Shown here one piece after another: positions 1-12,385 of a stretch of 64,000 nucleotides of DNA (within the stretch, counting starts at the first letter, position 1; the number at the start of each line of letters is the position of its first letter). The notes beneath the pieces are model-generated. The model was given only the letters and a program-made list of their open reading frames with translations, was not told where the DNA came from and searched no databases. A program made the translations under genes and the position numbers. The stretch comes from Nannocystis sp. SCPEA4 (GTDB lineage: Bacteria; Myxococcota_A; Polyangia; Nannocystales; Nannocystaceae), in assembly GCF_026626685.1 (NCBI RefSeq), contig NZ_JAPNJX010000001.1, positions 332,752 to 396,751 of the forward strand, given 5' to 3'.

Positions 1-887
<887 letters not shown>

Positions 888-1084
888 TCCTCGGGTCTAA
901 GGATCGCGGCCCGCCCACGCACGCGTGCGCGAACCAGCGGAGTCGACCGTAGCGTTTCGGATCGCGAGCGATCGATCAAGCGTGCAAGTCCGCGACGCGC
1001 GTCGTCGTGCCAACAAATTTCACCCGCGAAAACGCCGACGCGGGCCGCTCCAGCCGGAGCGACCCGCGCCGCATGCCACATGAC

Positions 1085-2829
1085 TCACATCGGCTGGATG
1101 CCGCAGTCGTCGACCTCGTTCGGGATGCAACCCTCGCAATCCCACCGGAAGTTGTCGAGCAGCGCCACCGTGGTCAGGTACTGATCGGACATGTCCGCCA
1201 GGAAGAAGCCGATCGTGATCTCGGCACCCGGCTGCACACCCCCCTTGGCGGTGAACCAGTCGGTGCAGGCATGCTGCTCGAAGCCCGTGCCCTGCAGCTG
1301 CGGCTCGGCGTAGGTGTAGCCGGGGCCGTCGTAGTACGGGTCGAGCGCCGTGATCGTCAGCGGCAGGCCGCTGGCCGGATTGTTCGGGTTGGGGATGAAG
1401 GTGACGTTGCCGCTGTACGGGTCGACCGGCGGGTTCGCGTTCGGGTTGTCGGGCGTGGGATCGACCTGGTAGGCGATCAGCAGGTCGTTGTACGACGAAC
1501 CGACCCACGTCGGCCACTCCGCCGAGCAGAACACGAAGTCGAAGGTGTAGCCGAACGTGCCCGCGGGCACCGTCGTATTGAACGTGAAGTAGATGCGGTC
1601 GTTGGCGTTGCCGTTGGTCATCGCCCACTGGGCCTGCAGCGTGTCCGAGCAATCGCGGTCGCCGTTCGGGACGCCGTTGTCGCAGTTCTTGAAGGGCGTG
1701 CCGCCGACGCCGTTGTTGCTGCCGTTCTGGTTCTTGAACGGCGCCGGCAGGGCGTTGCCGTCGGGGTTGCCGTTGTCGTCGTGCGTCTGCGAGTTCGCCG
1801 GCTCGACGACCACGCCCTGGCCGTTCGGCGGGGTGATCGTGCCCGTCGACAGCATCAGGAAGGCCGCGCCCTCGCGCGGGCTGTAGACCAGCTGCGGCGG
1901 CGTATTCGCGTCCATGTCGTGGTCGTAGGTGTACGTGCCGAAGCCCTTCGCCACCTGCCACGAATTGTCGACCGCCTGCGAGAACTGGAAGTTGCTCGTC
2001 ATGATCGAGTCGGCCGGGGCGCTGTTGCAGATGCCCATCGCCTTGAGCGCGTTGTTCTTGTCGGCCTTGTTGCTGATCACGTCCGGCGCGTCGTCGCACA
2101 CGACGTAGTTGGCCGGGGCCTGGCAATTCGCCGGGAAGAACGTGGTGCAGTTGTTGAGGCAGAAGTCGCCGGGGCCGCCGTCGACCTGGTTGCCGTCGTC
2201 GCACTCCTCGCCGGCCTCCTTGATGCCGTTGCCGCACTCGGCCGGCGAGAACGTGCAGTCGGGCTCGCAGCCGTCGCCCGGCGCCATGTTGCCGTCGTCA
2301 CACTGCTCGGGGCGCTCGACCGTGCCGTTGCCGCAGTCCTGCAGGGGCGTGGCCGTCTGGCAGTCGGCGCTGCACTCGTCGCCGTCCTCGGTGTTGCCGT
2401 CGTCACACGCCTCGCCGGCCTCGACGTTGTTGTTGCCGCACACGGCCGTGATCGTGCACGTGGGCTCACAGCCGTCGCCGGCGACGTCGTTGCCGTCGTC
2501 GCACTCCTCGCTGCCCTCCTGCATGCCGTTCCCGCACTCAGGGATGCCCTCCGTCACGCCCTCCGTATCGGCCGCCGTCGTCCCCTCCGTCGTGCCCTGC
2601 GTGGCGCTGTCGCCCACGCCCGTGGTCGGCGTACCCGTCGTCGGCTGCGAGGTCTCGGTCTCCGAGTTGCTGCCCGGGGTCGCGTTGACCGTGGTTTGTG
2701 AGGTGGTGTCCCCCTCCGTCTGACCGCCGGACGCGGTCGTAAGTTTGCCGCCGTCGTCGCCGCACGCGGCGAGCGCCGAGGCGAGAAAGCCTGCCGTAAG
2801 GAGTCGAAAAGTCGGTCGAGTCATCATGG
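1085..2829 (-). CDS. secreted lipoprotein with Myxococcus cysteine-rich repeats and a ~330-aa C-terminal domain of unknown function, paralog 2
   Basis: ORF 1085..2887. I place the start at the internal MMTRPTFRLLTAGFLASALAAC lipobox signal (ATG at 2829). It has five to six CGNGxxExGEECDDGN...GDGCE repeats, then a conserved Cys-containing C-terminal domain ending CEGCIPNEVDDCGIQPM. Confidence 0.75.
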
Positions 2830-3199
2830 TCGTGTCCTGTATGCGAAGCATGCGGGCCGTCCTCAGATGCCTGGCGGTCCCGCCCACGATTCCTCATAAC
2901 TCATGAGTGATCAAGCCGGTGCCCCGCATAGCCGTCAGCAGGCCTCATTGGTGAATCTGCAGGATTCGGCCCGCGCGAGAACCGTCGTTCCGGCGCAGGA
3001 AGCACGCGATTCGCCGTCCATGCCGACGGTGATCCACCGCAAGCTGTCGAGCTCGCTCGATACACCTCGGGCAGACGTCACATTTGTTCGACTCGCGCGA
3101 TTCGACGCAACGTCACATCATCGATTTCGCCCGCTCGAGACACGAACGAGGCGCGCACGTCGCCGTGCGCGCCCCGTCACTCGTACCTCGAGCCGTCGA

Positions 3200-4951
<1,752 letters not shown>

Positions 4952-5268
4952 GGCAAGGAAATTCCTGAACGTGGTGACGCCCGTTTCCAGGACGGGCATG
5001 TCGTGCAGCAGCGGCGCGCGCGCAGAACGACGTGCATCAACCGAGCAGGGATTTCGGACTTCGCCGTCGCGATCAAGCGTCCACCGACCTGGTGCCTTCA
5101 AACCACGCCGGACGACAATTGTGGCAAATCTGCGCCCGCAGAGGCGCTGCCGGCGCCCCGCGGCTCGCTCGCTACTCTAGCAACCGAGATTCTTCGATCC
5201 GGACAACACAGGCGCGGACTCCGCCGCACCTGCGGAGACTGCCATGAATCAACTCCATCATCTGTCCT

Positions 5269-5793
5269 TCAGAACCTGTCTGAAGGACCCTGTCCACTTG
5301 TTGTCGTCACGCGCCCCCGCTGACGAACAGCGGTCAACCGCGCCGGACCGATCCCGCGCACACGCTTCAAGTCATCGACCGTGGAGTATGGTCTTCCTTC
5401 GATGATTCGCCGCGCGAGCTCGGGACCGATCCCCGGCATACTCTCGAGCTCGCTGGCCGACGCTCGATTGAGATCGACGGGCACCGCCAGCGCCTCGAGA
5501 TCGTCTCCTCGCATTCGCCCCCAGCCGAGCCCGCCAGGTCGCGGCGATCCACCTGTGCACAATGATGCACGCACGATGGCATCGCCGTGGCTCAGCGGTC
5601 CGCTCGTGCCGTCGCCGCACACGCTCGCGACGTCGCGCGGCGCCTCGTCGTCGCAGCGCAACACGCCGTCGACCTCGACGGCGAATTCGCAAGCGACCCG
5701 CACCAGCAGCTCCGGCGCCGCCGGCCTCAGCCACGCCGCCAGCGCCACCGCGAGCGCGGCGATCAGCGCGAGCCCTGCCCCGACGCGCACCAC
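5269..5793 (-). CDS. comEA: ComEA-family helix-hairpin-helix DNA-binding (competence) protein
   Basis: An N-terminal hydrophobic anchor is followed by a C-terminal helix-hairpin-helix region (LNRASASELESMPGIGPELARRIIEGRPYSTVDDLKRVRGIGPARL). Confidence 0.75.
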   Translation of the reverse strand: MVRVGAGLALIAALAVALAAWLRPAAPELLVRVACEFAVEVDGVLRCDDEAPRDVASVCGDGTSGPLSHGDAIVRASLCTGGSPRPGGLGWGRMRGDDLEALAVPVDLNRASASELESMPGIGPELARRIIEGRPYSTVDDLKRVRGIGPARLTAVRQRGRVTTTSGQGPSDRF

Positions 5794-5804
5794 CGCGACC
5801 GGCC

Positions 5805-7100
5805 TCAGGCGGCGCTGCTCGCCGGCCCCTCGTGCAGCCCGAACCCGGCGTGCAGCGCCCGCAGGGCCAGCTCGCCGTAGCGCTCGTGCACGATCACCGA
5901 GACCTTGATCTCCGAGGTGGAGACCATCTGGATGTTGATGTTCTCGCGCCCGAGGATCTCGAACGCCTTGGCCGCCACGCCCGCGTGGGTGCGCATGCCG
6001 ACGCCGACGATCGAGATCTTGCAGATGTCGGGGTCGCTGAGGATCTCCATCGGCCCGGCGCCCGGGAGGTCGAGGCTGCGCAGCCCGGCGACCGCCTTCT
6101 TGAGGTCGTTCTCCGGCACCGTGAAGGTGACGTCGGTCGACCCGCCGCGGCTCGCGTTCTGGATGATCATGTCGACGATGATGTCGGCCCCGGCGAGCAC
6201 GCCGAAGATCGATGCGATCGTGCCCGGGACGTCCGGGACGTTGGTGAGGGTGACCTTGGCCTCGTTGCGGTCGAGGGCGACGCCGGTCACGACCGCGGAC
6301 TCCAGACTCTTCTGCTCAGACACGATCCACGTCCCTTCGCTCTCGTTCAGGCTCGATCGCACGTGCACCGGCACGCCGAACTTCATGGCGAACTCGACGC
6401 TGCGGATCTGCAGCACCTTGGCGCCGAGGCTCGCCAGCTCCAGCATCTCCTCGTAGGTGATGCGGTGGATCTTGCGCGCGCGCGGCTCGATGCGCGGGTC
6501 GGTGGTGTAGACCCCGTCGACGTCGGTCAAGATCTCGCAGGCATCGGCCTTCAGCGCGGCCGCCAGCGCGACCGCCGAGGTGTCGGAGCCGCCGCGGCCG
6601 AGCGTGGTGATGTTGCCGGCCGCGTTCAACCCCTGAAAGCCGGCGCACACCACCACGTTGCCGGCGCTAAGCTCCTGGCGGATGCGCCCGTGGGAAAACC
6701 CGAGGATCCGCGCGTTGGTGTAGGTGCCGTCGGTCTGCAGGCCGATCTGGTGACCGACCAGCGAGATGGCCCGACCCCCCGCGTTCTGGATCGCCATCGC
6801 CAGCAGCGCGGCGCTGACGTTCTCGCCGGTGCTGACCAGCTGGTCGAGCTCGCGCTCGTGGGCCCGGTCGCCGGCCCGCTCGCTCGCCACGTACGGCCCC
6901 TTGCTGGTCAGCTGGGCGTCGCCGTCGCTGGCGAGCTGGTTGGACAGGCCGATCAGGCGGTTGGTCTCGCCCGCCATCGCCGAGACGACCACCACGACGT
7001 CTTGACCCGTGCGCTGGGTCGCGAGGACCCGCTGCGCGACGTTGCGGATCCGCTCGAGAGTGGCGACCGACGAGCCGCCGAATTTCTGCACGATGAGCAT
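5805..7100 (-). CDS. lysC: aspartate kinase
   Basis: [12 protein letters not shown]...VVVVSAMAG...[16 protein letters not shown]..., with two C-terminal ACT domains. The ATG at 7100 was verified; the upstream extension of the ORF is spurious. Confidence 0.9.
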   Translation of the reverse strand: MLIVQKFGGSSVATLERIRNVAQRVLATQRTGQDVVVVVSAMAGETNRLIGLSNQLASDGDAQLTSKGPYVASERAGDRAHERELDQLVSTGENVSAALLAMAIQNAGGRAISLVGHQIGLQTDGTYTNARILGFSHGRIRQELSAGNVVVCAGFQGLNAAGNITTLGRGGSDTSAVALAAALKADACEILTDVDGVYTTDPRIEPRARKIHRITYEEMLELASLGAKVLQIRSVEFAMKFGVPVHVRSSLNESEGTWIVSEQKSLESAVVTGVALDRNEAKVTLTNVPDVPGTIASIFGVLAGADIIVDMIIQNASRGGSTDVTFTVPENDLKKAVAGLRSLDLPGAGPMEILSDPDICKISIVGVGMRTHAGVAAKAFEILGRENINIQMVSTSEIKVSVIVHERYGELALRALHAGFGLHEGPASSAA

Positions 7101-7164
7101 GGCTTTCGATCGGGACGTGCAGTCCCGTGCGCGCATGCTGTACCTCAATTGCGGTGCAAGGGCA

Positions 7165-7512
7165 CTAGTCTTTTCGCGTCTTGAACAGCGGCAACTGAAA
7201 CAGCGCCTCGGGCGCCCCGCCGTCACGACCGCTGCGGCGGCGCTGCGCCTCTTCCTCGAGGATCGTCTTGATCGCCCCGCGACAGCTGCCGCACCCGGTG
7301 CCCGCCTCGCAGGCGTCGCCGACATCCTCGACGCTGCGGGCCCCCTGGCGCACGCAGGCGACGACCTCGTGCTCGAAGACCGTGTTGCACTGGCACAGCA
7401 GCACCCGCACCCCTCTGGGATACCGCAGCGACCGTCGCCCGTCGACGCCCGTCCGCGAGCGCGGGCGCACGCGCGCACCGCCGCGCGCGCCGCAGGCTGA
7501 CTGTCCGGACAT
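7165..7512 (-). CDS. Bfd-like (2Fe-2S)-binding domain protein
   Basis: CQCN...C...CGSC is the cysteine pattern of bacterioferritin-associated ferredoxin. The start is uncertain: ATG at 7512 (MSGQ...) or TTG at 7521. Confidence 0.55.
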   Translation of the reverse strand: MSGQSACGARGGARVRPRSRTGVDGRRSLRYPRGVRVLLCQCNTVFEHEVVACVRQGARSVEDVGDACEAGTGCGSCRGAIKTILEEEAQRRRSGRDGGAPEALFQLPLFKTRKD

Positions 7513-7545
7513 GTCTCTCAAGACATGGCTATTCGGACAGTGTGG
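7501..7545. repeat. CTGTCCG-GACATGTCTC-TCAAGACATGG-CTATTCGGACAG element spanning the pdxJ stop and the Bfd-like start
   Basis: Flanking inverted repeat CTGTCCG/CGGACAG. TAG (7529-7531) and ATG (7512-7510) are both embedded in it. Confidence 0.55.
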
Positions 7546-8263
7546 CGAGGTAGTCGGCGACGGCCCGCGCGAGCCCGACGAACAGCGCGTGGCTGATGAG
7601 CGCGTGGCCGATCGAGACCTCGTCGAGGTGCGGCAGGCGGCTGAACAGCGGCAGGTTGTCGAGGTCGAGATCGTGACCGGCGTTGACGCCGAGCCCGAGC
7701 GAGTGCGCCAGCTCGGCCGCGGCGGCGAACTGCGCCAGCGAGGCCTCGCCCGCGCCGGCCGCGAAGGCCCGCGCGTACGGCTCGGTGTACAGCTCGATGC
7801 GCTGCGCGCCGACGTCGGCGGCCCAGCGCACCGCGGCGGGGTCGGCGTCGATGAACAGCGAGACCCGCACCCCGAGCCTGTGCAGCCGGGCCACGATCGC
7901 CCCGAGCTCGGCGCGCGAGGTGTCGGGCGGCCACCCGGCCTGGCTCGTGATCTCGCCCGGCCGCACCGGCACGAGGGTGCACTGGTGCGGCCGCAGCTCC
8001 TCGACCATCGCCAGCAGGTCCGGCCGAGGGTCGCCCTCGATGTTGAACTCGACGCGATCGCGCAGCGGCGCCAGCTCGGCCGCGATCGCCCGCGCGTCGG
8101 CGGCCCGGATGTGGCGCTCGTCGGCCCGCGGATGCACGGTGATGCCCGGCGCGCCGGCCGCGATGATCGTACGCACCGCCTCGATCACGCTCGGGACGTC
8201 GCCGCCGCGGGCGTTGCGGAGGGTGGCGACCTTGTTGACGTTGACGCTGAGGCGGGCGGCCAT
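7529..8263 (-). CDS. pdxJ: pyridoxine 5'-phosphate synthase
   Basis: LSVNVNKVATLRNARG...HPRADERHI...GHDLDLDNL are typical PdxJ motifs. Confidence 0.9.
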   Translation of the reverse strand: MAARLSVNVNKVATLRNARGGDVPSVIEAVRTIIAAGAPGITVHPRADERHIRAADARAIAAELAPLRDRVEFNIEGDPRPDLLAMVEELRPHQCTLVPVRPGEITSQAGWPPDTSRAELGAIVARLHRLGVRVSLFIDADPAAVRWAADVGAQRIELYTEPYARAFAAGAGEASLAQFAAAAELAHSLGLGVNAGHDLDLDNLPLFSRLPHLDEVSIGHALISHALFVGLARAVADYLATLSE

Positions 8264-8556
8264 GCCGCGCGGATAGCATCGGCGCCCGCGCTTGTCACCT
8301 GGCGAGCGCCGCGGGCGGGATGTTCGATCTTTACCTCGCGCCGGATCCGACCCCCCGCCCGGGCGCGAGGCAGGCGCCGGCGTGCGAGGGCGACCTGGGA
8401 CATGGAAGGCTCACTGAACTCGCCGTACGGGCCCGGGCCCGACGGGCTGGCCAGCCTCGCCGCTCGTCGGCGAAGGCCGAGGCGACGAGCGCCCGGAAGT
8501 CCGCGCGCCCTGGCCGGACCCGTTGAAGCCGCCGGCGCCGGGCACTAGGCTGAGGC

Positions 8557-9909
8557 GTGCCGTCCCCGTCCGCGCCCGCCATCGCCGTCGTCGGCGCGGG
8601 CTTCTGCGGCGTCGCCCTCGCCTACCACCTCGTGCGCTCGCCCGTCCGCCCGCGCGTGACCGTGATCGACGCGCGCGGCCAGTTCGGTCCCGGCCTGGCC
8701 TATCGGACAGCCGACCCGCGCCACCTGCTCAACACCCCGGCGGGGCGGATGAGCGCCCTCCCCGACGACCCGGAGCACTTCGTCCGCTGGGTCCGCGCCC
8801 GCGACCCCGGCGTGAACGGGGGCAGCTTCCTGCCGCGCGGCCTCTACGGCGACTACCTGCGCGCGCTGCTGGCCGCCGGCGGCGAGGCCATCACATGTCT
8901 CACGGGCCAGGTCGTCGACGCCCGCCCCCCCGCGGCCGACCGGCCCGCCGCGCTGGCGCTGGCCGACGGCGCCCACGTCACCGCCGACCACGTCGTCCTC
9001 GCCGTCGGCAACTTCGCGCCGCGGCTGCCCGCGGGCCTCGGCGAGGCGGTGCGCGCCGACCCGCGCTACGTCCACGACCCCTGGTCCGCCCCGGCCCTGG
9101 CGCTCGCGCCCGACGCGAGCGCGCTGGTCTTCGGGACAGGTCTGTCCGCGCTCGACCTCGCGCTCGGCCTGGACGGCGCCGGCCACCGCGGACCGATCCA
9201 CCTGCTGTCGCGCCACGGCCTGCTGCCGCACGCCCACCGCGTCCCGGGGCGTCCGCCCGAGCCGCACCCGCCGGCGATCGAGCGCTGGCCCCCCACCGCG
9301 CGCGGGGCCCTGCACGCGCTGCGGGCCGCCGTGCGCGCGGAGGCGGCCCGCGGCGGCGACTGGCGCGACGTCGTCGCCGACCTGCGCCCGGTGACGCAGG
9401 CGATCTGGCGCCGCTGGCCCGCCGAGGAGCGCGAGCGCTTCGTCCGCCACCTGCGCGTGTACTGGGAGATCCACCGCCACCGCGCTGCCCCGGCCACTGC
9501 CGCGGCGATCGCCGCCCTGCGCGCCTCGGGCCGCCTGCAGGTCCACGCCGGCCGGCTCGAAGATCTGTCTTTCGGGACAGACTCGATCCTGGCGACGATC
9601 CGGCCGCGCAGCGGCGGACCCTGCCGCCACCTGCGCGTCGACGCCATGCTCAACGCGACGGGCCCGGCGACCGATCCCCGCGCCGCCGGCGATCCTCTGC
9701 TCGACCGCCTGATGGCGCGCGGCCTGCTGGTGCCCGACCCGCTCGGCGCCGCAGTCGACGACGACGGCGCGCTGCTCGACGCCCATGGCCGCGCCTCGAC
9801 CTGGCTGCACGCCCTCGGCAACCTGCGCCGGCCGCAGCTGTGGGAGACGACCGCCGTGCTCGAGCTGGCCCCGCAGTGCCAGGCCCTCGCCAGCCGCCTG
9901 CTGGCGTAG
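8557..9909 (+). CDS. FAD/NAD(P)-binding oxidoreductase (FAD-NAD(P)-binding family)
   Basis: Rossmann dinucleotide fold at the N-terminus (IAVVGAGFCGVALAYHL) and a second GxGxxG-like segment (LVFGTGLSALD). Confidence 0.75.
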   Translation: MPSPSAPAIAVVGAGFCGVALAYHLVRSPVRPRVTVIDARGQFGPGLAYRTADPRHLLNTPAGRMSALPDDPEHFVRWVRARDPGVNGGSFLPRGLYGDYLRALLAAGGEAITCLTGQVVDARPPAADRPAALALADGAHVTADHVVLAVGNFAPRLPAGLGEAVRADPRYVHDPWSAPALALAPDASALVFGTGLSALDLALGLDGAGHRGPIHLLSRHGLLPHAHRVPGRPPEPHPPAIERWPPTARGALHALRAAVRAEAARGGDWRDVVADLRPVTQAIWRRWPAEERERFVRHLRVYWEIHRHRAAPATAAAIAALRASGRLQVHAGRLEDLSFGTDSILATIRPRSGGPCRHLRVDAMLNATGPATDPRAAGDPLLDRLMARGLLVPDPLGAAVDDDGALLDAHGRASTWLHALGNLRRPQLWETTAVLELAPQCQALASRLLA

Positions 9910-9927
9910 GGACGGACGATCGATACC

Positions 9928-10045
9928 ACAGTGTCTCTTCGGACATGTCGATCGACCCGTCTCCCGGTGTCGATGTCCATGCCCCGAAATCAAGTGTCCC
10001 TTCGGACAGCTCCATCGACCTGTCCCTCAGGTCGCTTCGCGCAAG
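9928..10045. repeat. convergent-intergenic element with two ~30-bp direct repeats (CAGTGTCTCTTCGGACATGTCGATCGACC / CAAGTGTCCCTTCGGACAGCTCCATCGACC) and a central GTGTCGATGTCCATGCC unit
   Basis: Seen directly between the FAD-oxidoreductase stop (9909) and the rarA stop (10058). Confidence 0.55.
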
Positions 10046-10057
10046 CCCGCGCCGGCT

Positions 10058-11425
10058 TCACTCGCCCGGCTCGGGCTCCTCCGCCGCGACCGTCCCGGCG
10101 CGCAGCTGCTGCAGCCGCTCCCACGCGGTCGCCTCCCACCCGCGCGGCCCCGGGTGGGCGTAGCGCTGGCCGCGGAGCGCCTCGGGCAGGTAGCTCTCGT
10201 TGCCCGGGACCACCCCGCCCTCGAAGTCGTGCGGGTACTTGTAGCCGACCCCGTACTGCGCCTCGCGCATCAGCGGCGTCACGGCGTTGCGGACCGCCAG
10301 CGGCACCTCGAGGCTGCCCGCGCGCAGCACGTCCTTGCGCGCGTTCGCGTAGGCCGTCAGGGCAGTGTTGCTCTTCGGCGCCAGGGCCAGGAACAGGGCG
10401 GCCTGCGTCAGCGGCAGCACGGCCTCGGGCATGCCGATCTGGTGGGCCGCCTGCGCGGCGGCCACGGCCACCTGCAGCGCCTGCGGTTCGGCGTTGCCGA
10501 CATCTTCGGCGGCGAAGATCACGATCCGCCGGGCCACGAAGTCGACGTCCTCGCCCGCCTCGAGCATGCGCGCCAGCCAGTACACCGCGGCGTCGGCGTC
10601 GCTGGCCCGCATGCTCTTGATGAAGGCCGAGACGACGTTGTAGTGCTCCTCGCCGGCCTTGTCGTAGCGCAGCGAACGACCGCCGACGGCCTGCTGCGCG
10701 ACCTCGCGGGTCAGCCGCGTCTCGCCCTCGGGCACCAGGTCGACCGCCAGCTCGAGCGCCCCGAGCGCCCGCCGGGCGTCGCCCTGGGCGGTGTGGGCGA
10801 TCGCCGCCAGCAGCCCGTCCTCGACCTCGAGCTTGCGCGCGCCCAGGCCGCGCTCCTCGTCGGTGAGCGCGCGGCGCAGCAGCGCCACCAGGTCGCGGAC
10901 CTCGATCGGCCGCAGCTGCAGCACCCGCACCCGGCTCAGCAGCGCCGCGTTGACCTCGAAGCTGGGGTTCTCCGTGGTCGCCCCGACCAGCGCGCACACC
11001 CCCGCCTCGAGGTGCGGCAGGAGGATGTCCTGCTGCGCCTTGTTGAAGCGGTGGATCTCGTCGACGAACAGCAGCGTCCCGCGACCCTCGTGCGACCTCC
11101 GCCGGCGCGCGGCCTCGACCACCTCGCGCAGCTCGCGGGCCCCCGCCGAGGTGGCCGACAGCACGCAGAACGCGCTCTTGGTGTGCTCGGCCAACAGCCG
11201 TGCCAGCGTCGTCTTGCCCGTGCCCGGCGGCCCCCACAAGATCAGGCTCGGCACCCGCCCGGTGTCGGCGATCCGCCGCAGGATCTTCCCCGGCCCGAGC
11301 AGGTGCGTCTGCCCGACCACCTCGTCGAGGCGGCGCGGCCGCATGCGCTCGGCCAGCGGCACCAGCGAGGGGTCGCGCTGCCAGGCACGCTCGAAGAGGT
11401 CGTCGCTCGCGTGGGACTGCACGGT
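10058..11425 (-). CDS. rarA: replication-associated recombination protein A (AAA+ ATPase)
   Basis: PLAERMRPRRLDEVVGQTHLLGPG...GPPGTGKTTLARLL...FVDEIHRFNKAQQD and the MgsA C-terminal domain are present. The ORF reaches 11713 but that stretch overlaps the divergent gene. The GTG at 11425 (VQSHASDDLFERAW...) fits the RarA N-terminus; the exact start is uncertain. Confidence 0.8.
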   Translation of the reverse strand, partial: TVQSHASDDLFERAWQRDPSLVPLAERMRPRRLDEVVGQTHLLGPGKILRRIADTGRVPSLILWGPPGTGKTTLARLLAEHTKSAFCVLSATSAGARELREVVEAARRRRSHEGRGTLLFVDEIHRFNKAQQDILLPHLEAGVCALVGATTENPSFEVNAALLSRVRVLQLRPIEVRDLVALLRRALTDEERGLGARKLEVEDGLLAAIAHTAQGDARRALGALELAVDLVPEGETRLTREVAQQAVGGRSLRYDKAGEEHYNVVSAFIKSMRASDADAAVYWLARMLEAGEDVDFVARRIVIFAAEDVGNAEPQALQVAVAAAQAAHQIGMPEAVLPLTQAALFLALAPKSNTALTAYANARKDVLRAGSLEVPLAVRNAVTPLMREAQYGVGYKYPHDFEGGVVPGNESYLPEALRGQRYAHPGPRGWEATAWERLQQLRAGTVAAEEPEPGE

Positions 11426-11444
11426 GCGTGGTAGCCTACCAGGC

Positions 11445-11993
11445 GTGACGCGCCGCGCCGCTCCTTCCGCGCCCGCCAGCGACCGCCCGCGGCCGGGCTC
11501 GCTCGCCGCCTCGCGCCGCGGGCTGCTCCTCGCCGTCGCCGTCGCCGCCGCCGCCGGGCCGGCCTGCGACGAGAAGTTCCAGTCGTTCCTGCGCAACGCC
11601 TCCGACCGCCACGTCGAGCGCGAGAAGAAGAAAGAAGCCGACGCCGTCCGCCTGGCCACCGAGGAGGCCGTGATCTCGCCGCCCGTGCGCGCCGCGATCG
11701 CCCTCGTCCGCACCAGCGACTACGACTTCGTGTCGGTCACCTCCGACGGCACGCGCAAGCGCTACAGCGGCTTCGACTTCGCCGGCATGCTCGAGACCAA
11801 GACGCGCTGGCTCGGCCGCGGCCTCGAGGGCCTGCCGACCTGGCTCGACCAGATCGGCGGTCGCACGTTCTTCGGCGGCCGCTCTTACCTCGTCCGCCTC
11901 CCCGACGGCCGCGAGCTCAACTTCCGCAGCTGGCTCGAGGCCGAGATCGCGGCCCTCCCGACCGCACTACCCGTCACCGAACCACCGCCATGA
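11445..11993 (+). CDS. hypothetical exported lipoprotein (twin-arginine-like signal)
   Basis: A Tat-like signal and lipobox (SRRGLLLAVAVAAAAGPAC) with genome-typical codon usage. Its stop overlaps the start of the next gene (ATGA at 11990). The start codon is uncertain: GTG at 11445 and no in-frame ATG. Confidence 0.45.
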   Translation: MTRRAAPSAPASDRPRPGSLAASRRGLLLAVAVAAAAGPACDEKFQSFLRNASDRHVEREKKKEADAVRLATEEAVISPPVRAAIALVRTSDYDFVSVTSDGTRKRYSGFDFAGMLETKTRWLGRGLEGLPTWLDQIGGRTFFGGRSYLVRLPDGRELNFRSWLEAEIAALPTALPVTEPPP

Positions 11994-12385
11994 CCGCAAA
12001 GACAGGAATCATCCTCGCCGGCCTGCTCGGCTTCCTCGGCGTCGCCGCCGGAGCGTTCGGCGCCCACGGCCTGCGCGACCGCGTCAGCCCGCGTGACCTC
12101 GAGATCTGGCACACCGGCGCGCACTACCAGCAGCTGCACGCCGTCGTCCTCCTGGTCGTCGCGCTGTGGGCCCTGTCGCTGCAGGCCCGCGGCGAGGCGA
12201 CCGGCCTCCACGGCGTGGCGATGTCGCTGTTCGTCGCCGGCATCGCGGTGTTCTCCGGCACGCTCTACGCGATCACGCTCGGCGGGCCGCGGGTGCTCGG
12301 CGCGGTCACTCCGCTGGGCGGGCTGTGCCTGCTCGCGGGCTGGCTGACGATCATCGTGCTCGGGCTGCGCCAGGTCGCGCCCTGA
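11990..12385 (+). CDS. DUF423-family membrane protein
   Basis: Four transmembrane helices with GAFGAHG...HTGAHYQ...AITLGG motifs, as in YgdD/TMEM256-like proteins. Confidence 0.75.
   Translation: MTAKTGIILAGLLGFLGVAAGAFGAHGLRDRVSPRDLEIWHTGAHYQQLHAVVLLVVALWALSLQARGEATGLHGVAMSLFVAGIAVFSGTLYAITLGGPRVLGAVTPLGGLCLLAGWLTIIVLGLRQVAP

Noticed and set aside
7101-7164. Lysine riboswitch upstream of lysC
   Set aside because: The leader is only 64 nt, too short for an L-box. It holds just a short CGGGAC(n5)GTCCCG hairpin.
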